Notes under the pieces: model-generated
The model's input: the letters and a program-made list of their open reading frames with translations, nothing else
Told to the model about the DNA's origin: nothing
Databases searched by the model: none
Part shown: positions 55,129-64,000 of the stretch, piece after piece
How positions within the stretch are numbered: position 1 is the stretch's first letter
Layout of the letters: the number at the start of each line of letters is the position of its first letter
Origin: Macrostomum lignano
Lineage: Eukaryota
NCBI GenBank assembly: GCA_002269645.1
Contig: NIVC01001256.1
Span: 263,932-327,931 of the forward strand
Direction: 5' to 3'
DNA: 64,000 nucleotides
Position numbers and translations under genes: made by a program

Positions 55129-55782
55129 TTAGCGACTGGCCTCTCCGTTGCTACTCGACACTGGCCGAGGGGTTGCCAGGTGCCGCGCCACGGCCTCCTC
55201 GCCGAGGGCGGCCAGCTGGCCGGGCGAGCAGCAGTCGTCCAGCCAGTCCAGGACGCCGTCCAGCAGGCTGCCGCAGTCGGCGGTGGCGCCCAGCCGGCTA
55301 GCAAAGGAGCCGGCCAGATGGTCCGCGACGTGCCGGAAGACGGCCAGCTTGGCAGCGTCCGCGCTCGCTCCGGCGGCTGACTGGCCGCCGTCTCGGCTGA
55401 CCCGGCGCTGATAAACTCGATTGATGAGGCGCGCAGCTTCCGTCTGTTTGCGCAGGGCGGCCAGCTGTCTATCGAGCTGATCGCGCTGGCGCATCAGCGC
55501 CTCAAAGTGGCTGATGGCCGCCTGAAGGGTGGCCGCCCGGCTCGCCCGCCCAGCCGGAGACAAAGGCGCCTCTCCAGAGCCGAAGGCCGGCTCCTCGGCG
55601 CTGCTGCCGCCAGTCAGGGCGGCCAATTCGGCGTAGGCGGCCTTGATGGAGTTGCGACGGCGCTGCTCCGACTGCGAGTGGGCGCGACGCTTCTGCAGGT
55701 CGTCGGGGCTGCCGCCACCGCCCCCGCCGCCGCCGCCGCAGCCGTGTGTCTCCGGCTGCTGCTGCGACTGCGACTTGCGACT
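55129..55782 (-). CDS. MLX: Max-like protein X (bHLH-ZIP + DCD domain)
   Basis: RRAHSQSEQRRRNSIKAAYAEL basic/helix 1; SRAATLQAAISHF helix 2; zipper; C-terminal KLAVFRHVADHLAGSF...VLDWLDDCCSP matches the Mlx DCD. Acceptor cttgcacttcag|AGT; an in-frame ATG at 55839-55837 is an alternative start. Confidence 0.82.
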   Translation of the reverse strand, partial: SRKSQSQQQPETHGCGGGGGGGGGSPDDLQKRRAHSQSEQRRRNSIKAAYAELAALTGGSSAEEPAFGSGEAPLSPAGRASRAATLQAAISHFEALMRQRDQLDRQLAALRKQTEAARLINRVYQRRVSRDGGQSAAGASADAAKLAVFRHVADHLAGSFASRLGATADCGSLLDGVLDWLDDCCSPGQLAALGEEAVARHLATPRPVSSSNGEASR

Positions 55783-57013
55783 CTGAAGTGCAAGAAGGGA
55801 AGTCAGCTCGGAGGGACTCTCAAGTGGTATAAAGTACATCCAAATCCAACTGGTACTAACATGATCTGTTTCTGTCCCTGTAGACCAAAATGCTATATTT
55901 CGACCATTAAAATTTTTCCCGCCGTGCAAGCTTTTAGCGCTACAATTCTATACTTTCTACTTATCAGTAGATGATCTCTACAACTCCCTAAATTTATTTT
56001 CTACCCTAAACCTAAATTATTGTGCAATCTAATATAGAAACAGAAAAAAACCTTAAGTGGGCAGGTGTGCAGCCAACGGCACAGCCGCTGTGATTGTGTA
56101 CTGTTAGGGGGGAGGCGCTACCCTATCACAGAGAGACAAACTAGTTCAACAGCGCACTAACCGCAGCCAACAGCATAGAAAATAAATAAAATTCACAGTC
56201 TAGGATGCCCTATTTGACAACTGCATAAAAATGATGAAATACATTTGCTTATTATATTTCCGAATGATTGGAACGCAGCTAAAGCAATATAAAGCATCAG
56301 TGAAAAAAAGAAGCTTTCTTGAATAGATGGCCGAACATAGCCATTTATATTACTAATGTAAGTAGTGTGACTCAATTATTTCTTAGATAAATATGTCCGC
56401 AGAAGTGCAATTGAGCGCTCACAACAGGTGCTCAAACTGGTGCTCAAATTAGCACTCAGAATCGATGGGAAAAATTGCCTAGAAAAGCAGCTAAGGCAAC
56501 GCCAGACACTGTGAAGCATTTAAAACTAGTAATCCAAGAGCCAGAGTTTTTAGCACAATGGACCCGCATCTGACTACTGTAACTAGTAGGAGTGAAGAGC
56601 AGAGATTAAAACCAACAAAAGACTGCAGTGAAAGTCTGCTATTAAAAAAGTAAGAATAAAACATATTGTAAGAAAATAGGAGTTAAACTCAAGAGTAAGA
56701 TTCTCATTGGATTCTTTGAGACAGAGCAGAGCAGAGCAAATAATAATATAATTAGTTCCAAGAATGAATAGCAAACACATTGCACTATTGACAATGCCTA
56801 ACTCTCTACTGAAACTGTCTTTTAAGCAGTATATAAGTAATATAGAGCAGTTTGAACCAGTATACAGAAATCTATGGAATACTCACTCCAAGCTCTACCT
56901 CCAGTCTGTTCCAACCAAAATTGTACTAGAAATTGTTAAGTCCAACTCAACTAGCCAAGTCAGAGATTTTCACGAGCTTTGCGAAAATAATCTGGCACAG
57001 ACGGCATCGTCTT

Positions 57014-57156
57014 CTAGGAGCAGCAAGACTTCTTGGAGCTCTGCGATTGCTGGGCAGCGCCCGCGCCCAGGCTGACGGTGGAGCGCTGCTGCGGCAGGGC
57101 CCCGTGGCCCGCGTTGTCATCCCGGAGCTGTCTGGCGCTCGCGATGCGGTAGATGC
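57014..57156 (-). CDS. RAB11: Rab11 exon 4 (hypervariable tail, CC prenylation motif)
   Basis: (G)IYRIASARQLRDD...SSKKSCCS*; acceptor aaaccag|GC phase 1; TAG at 57016-57014. Confidence 0.85.
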
Positions 57157-57159
57157 CTG

Positions 57160-57645
57160 GTTTGGGGTCATTTGGGGTCAACTGGGGTCATTTTGTGGTC
57201 ATTTGGGGTCAACTGGGGTCATTTGGTGGTCAGTTGGGGTCAACTGGGGTCATTTGGTGGTCATTTGGGGTCAACTTGGGTCATTTTGTGGTTATTTGGG
57301 GTCAACTGGGGTCATTTGGTGGTCAGTTGGGGTCAACTGGGGTCATTTGGTGGTCATTTGGGGTCAACTGGGGTCATTTGGTGGTCATTTGGGGTCAACT
57401 GGGGTCATTTGGTGGTCAGTTGGGGTCAACTGGGGTCATTTGGTGGTCATTTGGGGTCAACTTGGGTCATTTTGTGGTCAGTTGGGGTCAACTGGGGTCA
57501 TTTGGTGGTCATTTGGGGTCAACTGGGGTCATTTGGTGGTCATTTGGGGTCAACTGGGGTCATTTGGTGGTCATTTGGGGTCAACTGGGGTCATTTGGTG
57601 GTCAGTTGGGGTCAACTGGGGTCATTTAGGGGTCGTTTGGGGTCA
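57160..57645. repeat. 31-bp minisatellite (ggggtcaactggggtcatttggtggtcattt), Rab11 intron 3
   Basis: 31-aa ORF periodicity = 3 units; abuts the exon 4 acceptor. Confidence 0.93.
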
Positions 57646-57656
57646 TCTGCTGGCAG

Positions 57657-57825
57657 CGGATTCTAATGACTTTATAAAGGATTCTAATGACTTTGGGGAA
57701 GATTCAAATGACTTTGGGGAGGATTCTAATGGCTTTATGGAGGATGCTAATGACTTTGGAGAGGATTCTAATGGCTTTATGGAGGATGCTAATGACTTTG
57801 GGGAGGATTCTAATGGCTAATGACT
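57657..57825. repeat. 21-bp tandem repeat (gaggattctaatgactttggg), Rab11 intron 3
   Basis: DSNDFGE periodicity. Confidence 0.88.
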
Positions 57826-57959
57826 ACTGAAAAGGTTCTATTTACTGTATATAATCAAAATATTAAAAATTTTATCCCGATATTGACAGCGAATATCCAT
57901 GGCAACACGCCGGATTCCAATTACAGCCGAGTGGACTCCAAATGACTCAGCAGGACTCA

Positions 57960-58307
<348 letters not shown>

Positions 58308-58336
58308 TCAACTGGGTATTTTTTATTCGAGAACCG

Positions 58337-58912
58337 GATTGTTGGATTTAGGATCTGGATTCTTGGATTTGGGATCTGTATTCTAGGATTTGGGATATGG
58401 ATTCTTGGATTTGGGATCTAGATTCGTGGATTTGGGATCTGGATTCTTGGATTTGGGACCTGGATTCTTGGATTTGGGATCTGGATTTATAGATTTGGGA
58501 TCTGGATTCTTGGATTTGGGATCTGGATTCTTGGATTTGGGATCTGGATTCTTGAATTTGGGATCTGGATTCTTGATTTGGGATCTGGATTCTTGGATTT
58601 GGGATCTGGATTCTTGGATTTGGGATCTGGATTCTTGGATTTGGGATCTGTATTCTAGGATTTGTGATCTGGATTTCTGGATTTGGGATCTGGATTCTAG
58701 GATTTGGAATCTGGATTCTAGGATTTGGGATCTGGATTCTAGGATTTGGGATCTGGATTTGTGGATTTGGGATCTGGATTCTAGGATTTGTGATCTGGAT
58801 TTGTGGATTTGGGATCTGGATTCTTGGATTCGGAATCTGGATTCTTGGATTTGGGATCTGGATTCTTGGATTCGGAATCTGGATTCTTGGATTTAGGATC
58901 TGGATTCTTGAC
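58337..58912. repeat. 21-bp minisatellite (ggatttgggatctggattctt), Rab11 intron 2
   Basis: 21-nt period with 14-nt variants. Confidence 0.94.
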
Positions 58913-59566
58913 TTCGGTATGCAAATTATCGGTTCCGTGTCTGCAGTCTGTTTCTGTGTCTGAAGTCTTAGCACTATACAAAATCTGATAGTGCTATCGG
59001 TGGACCAGGGAATGCATGTACATGTATACTAAAGCTAGAAACTGTCCGTGACTAAAGCTCTTTACTCCACACACCGGCGTCAGCTCAAGCTAGCTCCGGC
59101 AAGAAGGCATACCAAGGCCAAATCAGATTTTTCAAGCCAATTAAGTTGCTAATTATAAAACACTCGAACTTACGGGCCTGCCCTGACTCCCCATCTCTCC
59201 AACCTAACTAGCAAAGCAACAGCAGCGCGCCGAGCGTAGAAAATGCAGATTGCACTGCGCCAACCCGCCTATTTGTCTGGGACACTTGAACAGCTCAACC
59301 GGCACCTGCTAGCACAGAGCCAATGCACTGGATAGCTGGGCTATACTTGTACCATTGCAAAGCTGTTAATTATAGCCAAGACAGACATTTTCTGATGCGC
59401 GAAGGAGATCGAAATCGCAGGAAAAAACCTCCCTTTGTGAAAGGTAACCGAAGGTCTGTCCAGTGGCGTAGCCAAGTATTCCCTGACCTTGAAAATAATT
59501 CTTACAACTTTCAACAGCAAATGTTGATGGTAACATGTAGGAATACAAATTCGGAATTCAGAAGAT

Positions 59567-60545
59567 AAAATCTTGTCTGTGGCGCTAAACTCTTGTCTGT
59601 GGCGCTAAACTCTTGCCTGTGGTGCTAAACTCTTGTCTGTGGCGCTAAACTCTTGCCTGTGGTGCTAAACTCTTGCCTGTGGCACTAAACTCTTGCCTGT
59701 GGCGCTAAACTCTTGCCTGTGGCGCTAAACTCTTGCCTGTGGAGCTAAACTCTTGCCTGTGGCGCTAAACTCGCCTGTGGCGCTAAACTCTTGCCTGTGG
59801 AGCTAAACTCTTGGCTGTGGCGCTAAACTCTTGCCTGTGGCACTACTAAACTCTTGCCTGTGGAGCTAAACTCTTGCCTGTGGCGCTAAACTCTTGCCTG
59901 TGGCGCTAAACTCTTGCCTGTGGCGCTAAACTCTTGCCTGTGGAGCTAAACTCTTGGCTGTGGCGCTAAACTCTTGCCTGTGGAGCTAAACTCTTGGCTG
60001 TGGCGCTAAACTCGCCTCTTGCCTGTAGAGCTAAACTCTTGCCTGTGGCGCTAAACTCGCCTGTGGCGCTAAACTCTTGCCTGTGGAGCTAAACTCTTGG
60101 CTGTGGCGCTAAACTCTTGCCTGTGGCACTACTAAACTCTTGCCTGTGGCGCTAAACTCTTGTCTGTGGCGCTAAACTCTTGACTTTGGCGCTAAACTCT
60201 TGCCTGTGGCACTAAACTCTTGCCTGTGGCGCTAAACTCTTGCCTGTGGCGCTAAACTCTTGCCTGTGGCGCTAAACTCTTGCCTGTGGCGCTAAACTCT
60301 TGCCTGTGGAGCTAAACTCTTGGCTGTGGCTCTAAACTCGCCTCTTGCCTGTGGCACTAAACTCTTGCCTGTGGCACTACTAAACTCTTGCCTGTGGCGC
60401 TAAACTCTTGCCTGTGGCACTAAACTCTTGTCTGTGGCGCTAAACTCTTGCCTGTGGCACTAAACTCTTGTCTGTGGCGCTAAACTCTTGCCTGTGGCGC
60501 TAAACTCTTGTCTTTGGCGCTAAACTCTTGCCTGTGGCACTAAAC
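59567..60545. repeat. 20-bp minisatellite (ctaaactcttgcctgtggcg), Rab11 intron 2
   Basis: 20-nt period. Confidence 0.96.
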
Positions 60546-60731
60546 GGTGCTAAACTGACACTAAAAATATTTTGTTCAGTAACTGGGAGCTGGGACTCAT
60601 TGCCCCGCTGGCAAAGCAGATTCCCTTGCACCTGATTCTCTTACAATGACGTTGACTATGGTTGTTTCAAATCAAATATTCAACTCTTGAAGCCAGGTCT
60701 TAAACGTTTGACACAGAACTTGTGTATTCAC

Positions 60732-60906
60732 CTCTCCTGCCCAGCAGTGTCCCAGATTTGGCTCTTCACAACTTTGCCATTAACCCGGATGCTGCGGGTA
60801 GCAAACTCTACACCAATGGTGGACTTGGACTCCAGGTTGAACTCATTGCGAGTGAATCTGCTGAGCAGGTTGGACTTGCCAACTCCAGAGTCGCCTATCA
60901 GGACAA
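60732..60906 (-). CDS. RAB11: Rab11 exon 2 (G1-G3 motifs)
   Basis: [40 protein letters not shown]...[10 protein letters not shown], diagnostic for Rab11; acceptor ccattttag|TT, donor AG|gtgaat. Confidence 0.96.
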
Positions 60907-61156
60907 CTAAAATGGAAAGTTGATATTTGTATTTAGGGGGATTCCACAATACCCATATGCAGTATTAAATCTTATAATAATATAAAAATGGTAACAATTG
61001 AAAATAAGTAAACAACAATAAAGATCTAGAGAATAATACTTATGGTTTTGTAATTTTTAATAATAAATGCTATTAAATGAGTAGAAAAGATAAATAGCAT
61101 TTTGTACTTATTAAGGAAATGATTTTTGCTATATTATCACTTCTATAAAAAAATCT

Positions 61157-61618
61157 CAACTGCCAAGTGGAAGAGGCAGTTGACTCTTCCACCACAGGTG
61201 CTGACCTACAGGCTGGAAGCCATCCCCATGACTGCCACTCGTGAGGCGAGCTTGGAGGCCTGCCATCATCACCTCCTGCATAATGCCCTGTGCATCTAGT
61301 TCCCCAAGCACGTGAGCAACACTGAGCTGACAGTCTAGACCCACATGCTGCCCCTGGTCACACTTTGCAGAGGCGGCGCCAGATATTGATCAGCCACTGC
61401 CTGCGGGCCCACACACAAGGCACCAGGCCCCACTCACTGACCTGCTGCTTAGCCACCTTGTGGGAGACTCCACCAGGGCCAGGCGCGCTGCACCACTCTG
61501 ACTGACACTCTTCTCACTGACTTACAGGCTCTGGGCCTTACCTCTTAGTCTGCAGCTAGGCTGGACTCAGCTGTTTTCCACCAATGGGTGCTTCGCTGAC
61601 CCCTGAGCCAGCATCTGT

Positions 61619-61669
<51 letters not shown>

Positions 61670-61684
61670 GTATTAATAATAATA
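61157..61684 (+). mobile_element. 5'-truncated, degenerate RTE-like non-LTR retrotransposon with (AAT)n tail, in Rab11 intron 1
   Basis: GC-rich island in an AT-rich intron. Translation LTYRLEAIPMTATREASLEACHHHLLHNALCI*FPKHVSNTEL...LQRRRQILISHCLRAH...PLTDLLL resembles the post-RT C-terminus of RTE-clade ORF2, with stops and frameshifts; ends in (aat)n. Confidence 0.7.
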
Positions 61685-62042
61685 AAAGTAAATATGTAGA
61701 TTAATATATAATCTTTGGATTTCAAAGGATTATATATATGTATTGGTTTGGTCAAAGTTAAGAATATTTATTAAGGTTAATTGTATAAGGAATTTAAAAA
61801 ATATAAAATCAGAAAAAATATAGGTAAGTTTCATTTCCTCATGAAATTGTAGCATATTTAGAACTAAAATCAAACATCACCACAATCTATTGGGTGGCAT
61901 GGATTCACTAACAAAAAGTCATTATCATTAAAAATGGGTGAATGCAAATTGAAAGATAATGAGTTATGGGTAGGGAAAACATGTTAACTTAATTCCGAGA
62001 CATGGATGAACCAGAATTCAGCACTCAAATAGGCTAGGAAGG

Positions 62043-62227
62043 CGGTGGCGTACGCAGCCCCCCCCCCAATTGCCTAGGGAGGTGACTGATGGAGGTCTTG
62101 CCAGAGGCGACTAGCCAGATAGAACCCTAAAAATGTCCTTTATTGTTGCAACTTGTCGGTGCAGATGGACGATACTCCCCCTGGGCTGTTGGCGCCCCTT
62201 CAATGGAAAATTCTGCGTACGCCACTG
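62043..62227. mobile_element. 185-bp hAT-type MITE in Rab11 intron 1
   Basis: TIRs cggtggcgtacgcag (62043-62057) and ctgcgtacgccactg (62213-62227), 14/15 match; 8-bp TSD taggaagg (62035-62042) / caggaagg (62228-62235), 7/8 match. Confidence 0.85.
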
Positions 62228-62274
62228 CAGGAAGGGAAAAAAATCATATCATAATTTCAAAATAAAGAATGTAC

Positions 62275-62314
62275 CTTTGAAAAGATAGTCATATTCGTCA
62301 TCCTTTGAAGTCAT
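62275..62314 (-). CDS. RAB11: Rab11 exon 1 (MTSKDDEYDYLFK+G)
   Basis: ATG at 62314-62312; 40-nt coding exon ending AAA G|gtacat, phase 1, matching exon 2; not in the supplied ORF track. Confidence 0.93.
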
Positions 62315-64000
62315 AATGGTATAAAATAAAGCAGCTATATTTAAAATCACGTCTAGATGATTAGACTCTTTAAACTACTTTTGCCTTTTCCTCCTTCCTA
62401 GATCCTAACTCCTACAGATAAAAAATTTCCTGGATTAAAAATCTGTTTCCTTGAAAACGACAACTTAAAATATAGCACTTTAGAACTGTAAAACAAAAAT
62501 CCACACTTATGATGACTTCTCTTACAGATTTTACATAAAAGTGCAAATGTATTTTACTAAAATTTATTCGAATATTCCTATTAATGAGCTAGTTGCACAA
62601 ACAGTTTTACTTGCTTTTTATTGCTTTTCTGTTTATCCGCTGCTTTTCTTCGAAACGAACCGATAAGCTAGCTTTGATTTTCTCAGCGTTTCAACCTATT
62701 ACATGTAGGCCCTATTGCTTTTTATGTTCAAATTTCAAATCATTAAAAAATTATTGATCTGTCGGCCATAGAGTAGAGTGTATACCCTTGCACTCGAATG
62801 ACACTTGTCTGTCGCTGTAAGTCGTGTAAGACAGATAGACGTGACATTTCTGGGATTCTAGCGCAATGGAATTAAATCTGGAATTGTCTAGTTAGGGCCT
62901 ATTTAAAAGTTACAATACAATTATATCAGGATAAGTTTATTTAAATGTTTAAAATGCCAAAGAAATTTTCTATATTCACAATTGAGCTACATTTTTAGAT
63001 ATTATAGGTCTATCTTGTCATTCCTTTTCTTTAATTGTCTTGTATATTTCACTTGCTCTTTAGCTAGTCGTAATGCCTAGGCTATGAATGATTATTGTAT
63101 AATATTTTATTTGATATAGTAATAATTTTATAATTATTGAGATTCTTGGAATAATTTACTGTCAAATCTAGCTTATAGATGTTCTATCTATTAAACAAGT
63201 AGTCTATAAACTTTTGCAACTTTTCTAAGTCAAAGTGTGACAGTGTAATTCAAAGAAGCATATGTACAAGTATTGTATTTCCTTATCTTGTATGCATGCT
63301 GTGCTAGTGATACTTGTATTCTTTATATTTTAACAATATTCTATATGTATTATTATTGTAGTAATGTTACAATTGAATCTATAGTTTGTTTGTGGCCTTG
63401 TATGTATTTATTCTAGTATTATTTGTATTTCTTGCATATTGAATTATTTCTTGTAAAGTAGTTCCATTTATCTATGTACATGTATTGACATTCTAATAAT
63501 CCTGCATAATACTTGTATTTTATCAATCATATTTTATTATATTGTGCCTAAGAGGGGTCTAGTTTTTGGATTAAGCTTGTTGTTATCTTGTTTACTTACC
63601 AATTATAAATATACTCTTGCAGTCAGCAGCCACTCTTTTCCTTTGTTTATTTGCTTTGCTTTTTGCCTTAAGCTTGAGGGTGATCAAATAAATTACCAGT
63701 CTATATAACTAAATTTACAAAAATTTTGCTATGGGTAAAATCAGCTGCTAATCTGCTAGATTATATGTTAATCCAATTATTTGCTAAAATAATAAAAAGC
63801 TGTCCTCCCACTTTATTTGTCACAAAAGATTTTTTTCAAGTTAAACAAAATTTAAGTTGTCTCTTTTTAAAAATTATCCTAAATTATATGCACTTATCTA
63901 TCCTTCAACACTATGCCTGTATTTAATTTTAATACTAAATTTTAATACTAAAATACACTCTAAAGTCCAATGTTTATGGCTCTCTTATTTTGTGTTTAAA

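Overview
Eukaryotic (animal) genomic DNA, not prokaryotic. Short GC-rich exons with GT-AG boundaries sit among about 30 locus-specific micro/minisatellite arrays. The style suggests an invertebrate, possibly a free-living flatworm such as Macrostomum, but this is inference only. Six protein-coding genes can be reconstructed with phase-consistent splice sites: (1) a secreted protein with 16 CxxC (GCC2/GCC3, ephrin-receptor-like) repeats plus a C-terminal beta-sandwich-like domain (+, 2755-4334); (2) an FN3 + single-pass TM protein resembling FNDC4/FNDC5 (irisin precursor) (-, ~27741-23479); (3) a class A peptide-type GPCR with three degenerate activation motifs (+, 35914-41591); and a co-oriented minus-strand trio of (4) Rab11 (62314-57014, with a 1-nt frameshift in exon 3), (5) Mlx bHLH-ZIP (55782-55129) and (6) PDHX/E3BP (51094-48951). 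Also present are two hAT-type MITEs and a 5'-truncated RTE-like LINE. Most long ORFs in the supplied track are artefacts of stop-free tandem repeats. No CRISPR array, rRNA or tRNA was seen. All assignments are by eye; no database searches were run.
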